Source of the DNA: a virus
Reading direction: 5' to 3' (one strand)
IMG/VR virus record: IMGVR_UViG_3300027736_002225
Length of the DNA stretch: 64,000 bases
Part shown: positions 50,686 to 58,622 of the stretch, one piece after another
How positions within the stretch are numbered: the stretch's first letter is position 1
Layout of the letters: every line of letters begins with the position of its first letter
The notes under the pieces: generated by a model
The model's database searches: none
Seen by the model: only the letters and a program-made list of their open reading frames with translations
Told to the model about the DNA's origin: nothing
Position numbers and translations under genes: made by a program

Positions 50686-50778
50686 ATATACTTAGGGAGA
50701 TCTGCCCTCCCGTACCCACTAAGAAGCGGGATCTTGTCTAATTGCACAGCCTAGCCGTGTCCGAGATCATAAGTATAT
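50686..50778 (-). ncRNA. Unclassified tRNA-like multi-stem RNA
   Basis: Closing stem ATATACTTA/TAAGTATAT enclosing three arms, one T-arm-like (GGGAG-GGCAGAT-CTCCC). Confidence 0.55.
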
Positions 50779-50781
50779 GTT

Positions 50782-51078
50782 TTATCGTTGATAACAATTT
50801 CTCTCGCGATAAATTTTACCATCCGGTGTTTGAATTTCTTTCCAGTCGGTACATACAGTTTGTGTCTGTTGTACAATTACCGGTTGCTGTTGTACAACCA
50901 CAGGTTGTGGTTGATTTTGGTTTGCAATTATTGCGCCGGCAATACCACCAATAATTAGTGGTGCTACCCAATCACTACGTTCAACAATAACTGTCCGTGG
51001 CTCCCAATGTCTGTGGTGCCATTGGGCGTTTGCTGAAAATGTAAATGCAAAAATTGCTAGAAAAAGTAGTTTTTTCAT
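50782..51078 (-). CDS. Exported hypothetical protein with Gly-zipper-like segment
   Basis: Signal peptide ending ANA; IIGGIAGAII segment. Confidence 0.7.
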   Translation of the reverse strand: MKKLLFLAIFAFTFSANAQWHHRHWEPRTVIVERSDWVAPLIIGGIAGAIIANQNQPQPVVVQQQPVIVQQTQTVCTDWKEIQTPDGKIYRERNCYQR

Positions 51079-51098
51079 TTTTCTCTCCTATTTTATAT

Positions 51099-51127
51099 AT
51101 TATAACAGAAATTTAGAAAAATGTCAA
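51099..51127 (-). promoter_or_regulatory. Early sigma70-type promoter
   Basis: TTGACA-17-TATAAT with extended TG. Confidence 0.85.
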
Positions 51128-51131
51128 GCGT

Positions 51132-51791
51132 TTATTGTCCATTTTCGTAAGAATCTCGACATTTTAGCAATTCCGCGACCCAATTATCACGTTTTTCGAT
51201 GAAAACTTGGGGAGAATCGCCTTCCACTGCTATTAACACCACTAATTTACTAATTGGAATGCCAGTTCTTTCCTCGTACATGATTGCATATGCCGCACAT
51301 TGCATAAAGTAGCTATGAATCCAATGTTTTTCTTTGCGCCTACCCGAAGTCTTGAAGTCAATGACTGCTAATTTGCCATCAAACTCTCCAATACAGTCAA
51401 CAGTCCCTGCTAGACGCAAGTGATCTGAGTACAATCTCTCTTCTTGAAGATGTATATTGTCAATTCGATGCAAATCATTAACAATGCTGTCAAATAATTC
51501 TTTTTGGAACATTGACATTTCTTGTATTGCATTCACATTGTTTAAATAATTTTCAACGTGTGTATGTAATTTAGTTCCTCGACTTGTAGCGGCTCGAGAA
51601 ATCTTATTTGCTTCCTCTTCGCCTACTTTTTTACGCCACTCAATAATTCCTTGTTTGCTTTGAGCACCAAGTATTGTAGTCACCGAAGGATATTTTTTAC
51701 CCTCCGGTGTTACGTAATGCCTTACACCACTTGGTAGCGTAATCTGCTCCAATTTTTCAAACTCTTTCACCTTAACATGATTAAATGTCAT
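51132..51791 (-). CDS. PD-(D/E)XK exonuclease (Cas4-like fold, T4-like core gene)
   Basis: YPSVTT, RGTKLH, AGTVDC, IDFKTS, QCAAYA motifs. Confidence 0.85.
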   Translation of the reverse strand: MTFNHVKVKEFEKLEQITLPSGVRHYVTPEGKKYPSVTTILGAQSKQGIIEWRKKVGEEEANKISRAATSRGTKLHTHVENYLNNVNAIQEMSMFQKELFDSIVNDLHRIDNIHLQEERLYSDHLRLAGTVDCIGEFDGKLAVIDFKTSGRRKEKHWIHSYFMQCAAYAIMYEERTGIPISKLVVLIAVEGDSPQVFIEKRDNWVAELLKCRDSYENGQ

Positions 51792-51794
51792 TAA

Positions 51795-52433
51795 TTATCC
51801 TTGTAATATATCCACTGCATGGTTGTAGTGTGCAATACGATCCTCAAGACCAATAAAACCGCCATTGATTTTTTTAGTCATCATTTTTAAATCTTGCGTA
51901 TCTGCCAATTCATTTAAATTATTTGCATTCCAGAACCAGCATGCAGAATTTAAAGCATAGTATGGTTGCAATAATATATCTGGATTATCTAACAAAGTAT
52001 GGTCATCAAAGAATGCTTCAGAGCATCTTGTATAATTTGATTTACCTGTCAATTGGATTAACCCTCGACCTCTATACTTCCATCCATCTCCACTTGCCTC
52101 ATCCCCATTACCCATCCTGTTTGAATACACTCTGTTTGCAATCTTTTCAGGTTGTCTAGCATATTGTGCAGCAATCTCATTATTGGGAAAATATTTACCA
52201 AAGATTTTCTGTAGACCATCTGCGCTATAGTTCAAGTTTTCTTGAACAAGAGTAAATCCGCCTGATTCATGCGCACATTGTGCAATGAATGCAGCAACTC
52301 TCCCAATGTCGTAAATATCATATTGTGGAAGTGTTTCCACAATTGCAGTATACCATTCAGATATGTTTTTAACTTTTGGTAATAAGTGTTTTAAATGTTC
52401 TTCTGTAAAATTAAAATCAAAACTATCAGCCAT
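51795..52433 (-). CDS. GH19 chitinase-like endolysin
   Basis: AFIAQCAHESGGF, ENLNYS, YRGRGLIQLTG, TKKINGG motifs. Confidence 0.9.
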   Translation of the reverse strand: MADSFDFNFTEEHLKHLLPKVKNISEWYTAIVETLPQYDIYDIGRVAAFIAQCAHESGGFTLVQENLNYSADGLQKIFGKYFPNNEIAAQYARQPEKIANRVYSNRMGNGDEASGDGWKYRGRGLIQLTGKSNYTRCSEAFFDDHTLLDNPDILLQPYYALNSACWFWNANNLNELADTQDLKMMTKKINGGFIGLEDRIAHYNHAVDILQG

Positions 52434-52478
52434 TTTGTCTCCTTATAATTGTTATTCGCATGAGACATAATTAATACG

Positions 52479-53252
52479 TTATATATTGTCCTCGTAATCA
52501 AGTTTTGCTAAGATATAGTCTTTTACTAGTGATGAACGAACAATGTCATCTGCAGTAAATTCTATACGAGTGAATGCTTGCATCTTTGCCGCAATATCGA
52601 AGAACTTTAAAATTCCTGTCTTATCGCCAGCTTTTCTTAAATCGGTTTGTCTATAATCACCACACCAAATAATTTTGGATCGGTATCCTACCCTAGTCAT
52701 AACAGTATCAATTTCTTCAAAATTCATATTTTGCATTTCATCTACGATAATGATCGCATCATCGAAACTCATACCTCTAATGAAACTTGTTGAAATGAAT
52801 TCTATGTGACCTTGTTCTTCTAATCTATCCCAAGCGTCTTTGCGACCGAAAAATGTTTCGCATATCTGACGATATGGTTGCTGGTAGATTTCCATTTTTT
52901 CAGAAACATCTCCAGGCAGATGGCCTATTTCTCTTGACTGCACTGCAGAACGTACAATAATAATTTTGTTGAAAGGATTACTTTTATCTAGTACCTCTTC
53001 CAATGCTTTGTATAATGCAATAAATGTTTTCCCTGTACCTGCAACTCCGTGCAATGCTACAAAGTAGTCTCCCCGTTTATATGCATTAAAAAAATCCTTT
53101 TGATTATCCGTTAACGGAGCAAAGGTTTTGAGATCGTCTAATCGTAATCTTAAAGTATTATTTGATCTTGTTCCTTGTTTATGATCTTTGGTTGTTAATG
53201 AGTTTTCAGAATACGTCGCTGCCGATGTATTAGTTGAACGTTTAGTCGCCAT
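52479..53252 (-). CDS. phoH: PhoH-like ATPase
   Basis: GVAGTGKT, IRGMSF, DEMQN, GDYRQTDL, DIVRS motifs. Confidence 0.93.
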   Translation of the reverse strand: MATKRSTNTSAATYSENSLTTKDHKQGTRSNNTLRLRLDDLKTFAPLTDNQKDFFNAYKRGDYFVALHGVAGTGKTFIALYKALEEVLDKSNPFNKIIIVRSAVQSREIGHLPGDVSEKMEIYQQPYRQICETFFGRKDAWDRLEEQGHIEFISTSFIRGMSFDDAIIIVDEMQNMNFEEIDTVMTRVGYRSKIIWCGDYRQTDLRKAGDKTGILKFFDIAAKMQAFTRIEFTADDIVRSSLVKDYILAKLDYEDNI

Positions 53253-53309
53253 GTAAAGTCTCGGTTAGTTTATATTAAGGGTATTTCTACCCCGCCCCCA
53301 TAATATAGT

Positions 53310-53564
53310 CTAACTCCTAGATAACTTATCTCCTAAGTTACTTTTGTAGTTATTTGAATGAATTTTAGACAATACTTCTTTGAAACCACCGTCTGGTTTA
53401 GTAACTCCTAGACGAACAGCATCTCCAAATGCAGGAGCACCAATAATAGATTCGTGATTTATTGATTGACAGTTAGTACATTGTTGTTCCGGCCGAGATG
53501 CCCAAGAACACAGAACATTGAAAACAGTTTCACAATCTAAACATTTTAAAGTATAACTAGGCAT
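53310..53564 (-). CDS. FmdB-like zinc-ribbon protein
   Basis: MPSYTLKCLDC...CTNC; ATG at 53564. Confidence 0.75.
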   Translation of the reverse strand: MPSYTLKCLDCETVFNVLCSWASRPEQQCTNCQSINHESIIGAPAFGDAVRLGVTKPDGGFKEVLSKIHSNNYKSNLGDKLSRS

Positions 53565-54114
53565 AAATGTACCAATCAGGTTTTTCTCGTTTTTTCCACG
53601 ATGCAAGATGTTGCTTTGCACCTACGTAATAATTTATATATGATTTAATAGAATTAGAAATCACTTTATATGTATCGGGCATTGCAGGGGTTGGCTCTGA
53701 CCACCCTTCGTTACCAATATTCTTTGGAATGTTTTTTAACAGAACAAAGCAAAGTCCGTCTCTTTCTACTTTATGTGTCTTCCCATATCTATATGTATAT
53801 TCTTCGCACAAGGCGATTAACATATTAGATAGCCAAATGTAATTTTCTTTTGACTTTCTTACCCAAATAGCTGAAGGATGGTTGATATGAGTAGCACTAT
53901 ACAATATGCCATCACGATTGTCAAAAAGTTCATACCGTGTCTGTTTTCTTCCAGATTTAGATAAACCAACAACTTGAATACCATCAAGGTACCGATGAGC
54001 AGTAGAAAGAAGTTGAGCATATTCAAGGATCATTTTTACTACATGCTTGTCAGTATGTAGTTTTGCGCATTCAATAGTATTGTTATGTAGATAAAAGATA
54101 TTAATTTTTATCAC
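53557..54114 (-). CDS. Pyrimidine-dimer DNA glycosylase-like protein (start uncertain)
   Basis: NIFYL, HVVKMILEYAQLLSTAH, THINHPSAIW, EYTYRYGKTH motifs. Confidence 0.7.
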   Translation of the reverse strand: MIKINIFYLHNNTIECAKLHTDKHVVKMILEYAQLLSTAHRYLDGIQVVGLSKSGRKQTRYELFDNRDGILYSATHINHPSAIWVRKSKENYIWLSNMLIALCEEYTYRYGKTHKVERDGLCFVLLKNIPKNIGNEGWSEPTPAMPDTYKVISNSIKSYINYYVGAKQHLASWKKREKPDWYIYA

Positions 54115-54337
54115 CTTTATTTAACTTTGCATCTAGCTCTTTCCAAGCTTCTTCCTCTTCTGGAGGAGCAACCGTATCATTTTTCTTAGTCAAAGACCAT
54201 GTACCATCTTCAAGATCTTTCCAGATAAGAGTATCACCTTCTTTCCATCCGGTTTCTTCTAACATATCGGGAGGAAAGTTTAGTATACTATCTCCCGTTT
54301 CAGGATCTTCTTCTATTTTGACAGACCATCTTTTCAT
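54101..54337 (-). CDS. AbrB/MazE-like small DNA-binding protein
   Basis: ILNFPPDMLEETGWKEGDTLIW motif. Confidence 0.6.
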   Translation of the reverse strand: MKRWSVKIEEDPETGDSILNFPPDMLEETGWKEGDTLIWKDLEDGTWSLTKKNDTVAPPEEEEAWKELDAKLNKGDKN

Positions 54338-55656
54338 TTGATTTTATTTTCCATATCTGCTTTTGTTTTATCTAAACGAAGCTCAATAAAAATTGGCAAG
54401 AACAATCGTTCAACATTATCGCCACGATCCTTAATACGAGCATTATATTTTACTGACACAATTTTACCAATAACATCTTTACCAATTGAATCTCGCTCAT
54501 CATCAGTAAATCCTGATCCAACATTCACTTGAATTTTGCCATCTTCGGATTCACATACAAGTGCTCCGAGACGACCTACATTTTTACCTGTACCTTCAAC
54601 CCAATCAACAACTTTAAGATCGCAATCGAGTTCGCCTTTAAACTTGATCTGTTCTTTAGAACGTTTGTCTTCCCAGATATTTGTCTTGGATTTTAGGATA
54701 GTTCCTTCTTGACCTTCAGCAAGAAACTTCTCAAAAATCTTTTGTGCATCATACTGATTATTAACTTCCTTAGTCCACACAATATCTACAAGATGTCCTA
54801 TTGCAGATGCACCTTTAAGGAAATCAATATTTTGTATCAATTCCATAAAGCGATCGTTATACGGTGTAGTATATTTGCCTATTTGAAAGGCAGTAAAAGG
54901 AATTGCATCCCATAATGTTACACGAACCATTGTCGCTTCTTTATCAGACATTGTGCCCTTAACTGCTTTGCTAAGAATGCCGTTGCCTGTTTTACGATCT
55001 AATGGTTTACCTGCAGAATCTACAACAAGTAGTTCGCCATCAAACACATAATTGGAACCATAATAACTAGAAAGTTTAAGTAGGGCGTCACTAAACAACT
55101 TACTCGGAATAGAAAGTTCTCGGCCATTTCGGCTCCTATATTCTACTGTGCCATTACGCACAATTGCGTTGAAACGCATACCATCTAATTTTAACTGACA
55201 GTATGCAGGGAATTTAATTTTGTCGACAAGTTTTTGCTCGAATCCAGAAGCCAGCATAACCGGGTAGGTGGATACAAGCTTTGGCCAGATTTTATTTGCG
55301 GTTGCCTCGGATACTCCGCAACGAAGATCTTTCTTGATGATTTTTTCAATAACGCCGGCGTTTGCTTCATTCAATGATTCCAATACATTAGTCAATAGGT
55401 CAATACCAGCATGGCCGGTAACATTACGAGTAGCTAGTTCATTCTCAATTTGATCCATTGCCCAAGACAAAGGCTTTTTGCCGTTTGCAGTATAGGAAGG
55501 AATCTTTCGAATGTAAAAACTAATCAATGGATCAAGAGCAAGTTTAATTACTCGTTGAAGATCTTTGTTATCTTTGTTCGCAGTTAGAATTGCTTCTTTA
55601 GCCAGCCGAGAATTGTCGGCTGCAAGCAAATCAAAGATATCGGAGATTGTAGTCAT
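54334..55656 (-). CDS. gp30: ATP-dependent DNA ligase
   Basis: KLDGMR, FDGEL, EGTILK, KFK, VGSGF, LFLPIF motifs; ATG at 55656. Confidence 0.95.
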   Translation of the reverse strand: MTTISDIFDLLAADNSRLAKEAILTANKDNKDLQRVIKLALDPLISFYIRKIPSYTANGKKPLSWAMDQIENELATRNVTGHAGIDLLTNVLESLNEANAGVIEKIIKKDLRCGVSEATANKIWPKLVSTYPVMLASGFEQKLVDKIKFPAYCQLKLDGMRFNAIVRNGTVEYRSRNGRELSIPSKLFSDALLKLSSYYGSNYVFDGELLVVDSAGKPLDRKTGNGILSKAVKGTMSDKEATMVRVTLWDAIPFTAFQIGKYTTPYNDRFMELIQNIDFLKGASAIGHLVDIVWTKEVNNQYDAQKIFEKFLAEGQEGTILKSKTNIWEDKRSKEQIKFKGELDCDLKVVDWVEGTGKNVGRLGALVCESEDGKIQVNVGSGFTDDERDSIGKDVIGKIVSVKYNARIKDRGDNVERLFLPIFIELRLDKTKADMENKIK

Positions 55657-55777
55657 TATGAGTTTTTGCCTTACGTTTATAACGAGTTTTGAGTTCAACA
55701 ACTTTCAGTCGATATTTCGGTGTACGAAGATCTTTCGCAACGAAATTTCTAACAGGAAGTTTCTTTACTTGTTTCAT
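55631..55777 (-). CDS. Small basic protein resembling ribosome-rescue factor ArfA
   Basis: MKQVKKLPVRNFVAKDLRTPKYRLKVVELKTRYKRKAKTHNDYNLRYL; first ORF after an early promoter. Confidence 0.5.
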   Translation of the reverse strand: MKQVKKLPVRNFVAKDLRTPKYRLKVVELKTRYKRKAKTHNDYNLRYL

Positions 55778-55783
55778 GTCTCT

Positions 55784-55812
55784 ATTATAACAGAAAATAG
55801 TACCCGTGTCAA
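55784..55812 (-). promoter_or_regulatory. Early sigma70-type promoter
   Basis: TTGACA-17-TATAAT with extended TG. Confidence 0.85.
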
Positions 55813-55836
55813 GCATAAGGTTATTGTGCTTAATAT

Positions 55837-56025
55837 TTAAGCAAAAAATGGATGTTCTTCCACGTTTACGTTAAAAGTAACACTCTTATAACGATGAGGG
55901 GTTACTGATACTTTTTCTTTGGCGGCTTCGATATCTTCGATGTTGGCGTAGACACCTACAACTGATTGCTTTTTATTGCGACCAATTTTATCTCGCCAGG
56001 TTGCTTCTAGTATATATCGAATCAT
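55837..56025 (-). CDS. Hypothetical protein
   Basis: 62-aa ORF with ATGA overlap. Confidence 0.6.
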   Translation of the reverse strand: MIRYILEATWRDKIGRNKKQSVVGVYANIEDIEAAKEKVSVTPHRYKSVTFNVNVEEHPFFA

Positions 56026-56297
56026 GCGCTAGCCATCGTTGTAGAATTTGTAATGGTTTCATACATTGTTTCGAATTCTTCGTGCTCTTCAATCTCTTTG
56101 CTAAAGTTTTGCTTATGATAAACTCTAGCCATACGACGAAAAGTCTTTTTACTAAGTTCTTGCTTCTCACAAATATCTTTAATTGCTTCACGAATAAACT
56201 CACGTTCGCCGTCCATGCGAGTCATACTATTTGAAATTTCTTTCATACAATCAAAGATTTCTTTACGATCTTTTGGGTTTGATGGAATACCTGCCAT
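56022..56297 (-). CDS. dsbA: T4 DsbA-like dsDNA-binding protein
   Basis: KEISNSM, FRRMARVYHKQNF, FETMYE pattern. Confidence 0.8.
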   Translation of the reverse strand: MAGIPSNPKDRKEIFDCMKEISNSMTRMDGEREFIREAIKDICEKQELSKKTFRRMARVYHKQNFSKEIEEHEEFETMYETITNSTTMASA

Positions 56298-56299
56298 AA

Positions 56300-56644
56300 T
56301 TAATTTTTCCTTATAATATCATCTTCAATACAATTATATCCATACTGGATTTCAATAATTTTCAATGGTGCATCAGTTTCGTTGCAAAGTTGGTGCCACT
56401 CTTCTTTGCGTATATGCAGGCTTTGAAATTTATCAAATACTCCATATAGCTCAACATCTGTGCTAACATCCAAAGTATAAACTGTTGCAGTACCTTCAGC
56501 AACGAACCAATGTTCTGCTCTATCTTTGTGTTTTTGCATACTTAAACATTTACCGGGATCTATAGTTAATTCTTTAAGTTTAACTTCTTTTCCGTAGGCA
56601 TATAATACATTATAATATCCCCAATTGCGTGTTGTTATACTCAT
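56300..56644 (-). CDS. Cupin (mannose-6-P isomerase type II C-terminal-like)
   Basis: RNWGYY, LSMQKH-RAEHW, WHQL, IEIQYG, EDDI motifs. Confidence 0.8.
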   Translation of the reverse strand: MSITTRNWGYYNVLYAYGKEVKLKELTIDPGKCLSMQKHKDRAEHWFVAEGTATVYTLDVSTDVELYGVFDKFQSLHIRKEEWHQLCNETDAPLKIIEIQYGYNCIEDDIIRKN

Positions 56645-57033
56645 TATCGCCTCATAGATGAAATTTCTTTTGCTTCGTCATCACTAAAGATAGGTACTGC
56701 GTTAGATTTATGCATCGTACCAATACCTAATACTTTAGTTCCTGTATATTTTTTTGCGGGTGCTAGAACAGCAACTCCGTTGTCTTGATTAAGACTTTTG
56801 ATGTGGGCAGTACTACGCCCTGCAGGAATGTCAAGAGAATATTTCAAAACTTCTGCAGACATTGCCTGCTTACGTTTTTTCTCTTCTGCTTCAACGCCCC
56901 ACTTCTTTTTCATAGCAACCCATTCTTTATCAAGTTGCCGCGCACGTTTAGCCTCTTCGGCGCTTTTAAATTTAACTTTACCTTTTTTCTTTCCGTTTGT
57001 AGAAAGCCAAGGTCCAATAAGGTGCATAGTCAT
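56644..57033 (-). CDS. Conserved T4-like hypothetical protein
   Basis: YTGTKVLGIGTMHKSNAVP motif. Confidence 0.7.
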   Translation of the reverse strand: MTMHLIGPWLSTNGKKKGKVKFKSAEEAKRARQLDKEWVAMKKKWGVEAEEKKRKQAMSAEVLKYSLDIPAGRSTAHIKSLNQDNGVAVLAPAKKYTGTKVLGIGTMHKSNAVPIFSDDEAKEISSMRR

Positions 57034-57053
57034 AATAAGATCTCCATAATATA

Positions 57054-57082
57054 ATTATAACATCTTTTAGAACAACTGTCAA
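57054..57082 (-). promoter_or_regulatory. Early sigma70-type promoter
   Basis: TTGACA-17-TATAAT with extended TG. Confidence 0.85.
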
Positions 57083-57091
57083 GCATTATTT

Positions 57092-57262
57092 TCAATACTT
57101 ATCAAATGCTCTGTACTTATGATGTCTCATTAGTCTAGGATCATGATTTGGATCATTTGGCATTTCCCCTTGATCTAACCATTTACTGACGACCGGTTCA
57201 GGTTCAGATATGTCTCGTTTGAAGAACCGAGTCAATCTTTCAAAGAGACTTTCTCTTTTTTT
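57092..57262 (-). CDS. -1 frame extension of the upstream 162-aa gene (or a TTG-started small ORF)
   Basis: Open frame ...RESLFERLTRFFKRDISEPEPVVSKWLDQGEMPNDPNHDPRLMRHHKYRAFDKY* fills the gap up to the next promoter. Confidence 0.5.
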   Translation of the reverse strand, partial: KKRESLFERLTRFFKRDISEPEPVVSKWLDQGEMPNDPNHDPRLMRHHKYRAFDKY

Positions 57263-57720
57263 GCTACTGGTTCCTTTTTCTCCTTTGGTTTAGGAGGGGG
57301 CAATGCATCAGGGAAAGCTTCTCGAACAATGTCTTCTTTTAGTGAAGGGTATTTTGTTTGTAATTTTTTATCTTTTGCAAGACACAAATCATCTCCTTCG
57401 GTCCAATGAATACCTTCAAGCATTTGAATAAAGAGTTGTTCTTTCTTCATTTTTGTAAGGTTAATATTTGGATCGAGCCAAATATACATACGACGAAATT
57501 CTGCAAACAAATTAGTTTCAGAATATCCTTCCGGTACCGTTTGATCTCTTTTATGCGGAGGATGTCCTTCGGGCAAGTGCAGTTTAACATCTGGGTTAAA
57601 ATTAATCTGCAACATCCCTATAAGTACAGGATGACTATATGCGCGCAAAACATTTACTTTTGCCTGTTTAGTTTGAGCTTTCTCAACTTCAGCAAAGATT
57701 TGTGGTATTGTTGTTTTCAT
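57232..57720 (-). CDS. Conserved T4-like hypothetical protein
   Basis: LPEGHPP, KKEQLFIQMLEGIH, KDKKL motifs; follows rnh. Confidence 0.7.
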   Translation of the reverse strand: MKTTIPQIFAEVEKAQTKQAKVNVLRAYSHPVLIGMLQINFNPDVKLHLPEGHPPHKRDQTVPEGYSETNLFAEFRRMYIWLDPNINLTKMKKEQLFIQMLEGIHWTEGDDLCLAKDKKLQTKYPSLKEDIVREAFPDALPPPKPKEKKEPVAKKEKVSLKD

Positions 57721-58607
57721 TAAAATTCCTCAATCAATTCTAGCATGTTTTTCATTTTATGTTCAACGAAAAAATTCAAAAGCATACTTTTGTTTTTTAC
57801 GGGCTGTTCTACGTAGTTATTTATAACAGCGTTTTTAAGATCTTCAGGAATATATGCAAAATCAACAAGTGTTTTATTTCGTTCAAATCTAGTTTTAAAT
57901 TCGACATCATTTGGCAACGTACTTTGGTCTTTGTACCAAGCTTCTAATTTCTTAGATGAAACCGGCTTTTGTCGTTCACCGGCAACAATAGAATCATCCG
58001 CAGAAAGAACATTTGGAATGCCGTCACCTTTATCGCCTTTAATAGTATGCTCAAACAAATACTGTTCTGGCGAGTTATCCGGTTTAACAAATTTCTTTTG
58101 AATTGGCGAATACTGTTTCACATTCTTAAATTTTTGCAGCTGAATGAAATCATGATCGCCTGAAATGATTAGGAATGGTTTTGGATCATCGTCAAAAACA
58201 GAACCTTCTCGCAAATCATTAGTCTGAGACCACTCTGCCAAAATAGCAATAACGTCATCCGCCTCTGCACCTTCGATGTTAACAACTTTATATGGAAAGA
58301 ATGCATCAATCTCATTACGAATAAGATCAAGTGATTCAAAGATTGCCTTCCAATCTAGACCAGAATCTTCTCGAGCTTTTTTGCGACCAGCTTTGTAGTA
58401 TTGAAATACTTGACGACGCCAGTATGTTCGATTGTCACACGCAATAACAATCTGTCCATATTCTTTTCCAAATTTTTGTTTGTATCCTCGGATCGAATTT
58501 AAAATCATATGTCGAAGAAGCGGAGTCTGTACTTCAATATCTTTACGTCCTCCAATTTCAGCCATAAAATTTGAGATAGCCGTTTGGCTATAATCAACAA
58601 CAATCAT
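57720..58607 (-). CDS. rnh: T4 RNase H (5'-3' exonuclease)
   Basis: WRRQVFQYYKAGR, EADDVI, SGDHDFIQL, GDKGDGIPN motifs. Confidence 0.95.
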   Translation of the reverse strand: MIVVDYSQTAISNFMAEIGGRKDIEVQTPLLRHMILNSIRGYKQKFGKEYGQIVIACDNRTYWRRQVFQYYKAGRKKAREDSGLDWKAIFESLDLIRNEIDAFFPYKVVNIEGAEADDVIAILAEWSQTNDLREGSVFDDDPKPFLIISGDHDFIQLQKFKNVKQYSPIQKKFVKPDNSPEQYLFEHTIKGDKGDGIPNVLSADDSIVAGERQKPVSSKKLEAWYKDQSTLPNDVEFKTRFERNKTLVDFAYIPEDLKNAVINNYVEQPVKNKSMLLNFFVEHKMKNMLELIEEF

Positions 58608-58622
58608 AATATATCCTTTTTA

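Noticed and set aside
50686-50778. Functional tRNA gene
   Set aside because: No 7-nt anticodon loop, no GG D-loop in the standard position, no TTC T-loop and no CCA
51132-51791. CRISPR-Cas system suggested by the Cas4-like nuclease
   Set aside because: No repeat-spacer array or other cas genes; this exonuclease is a common T4-like gene
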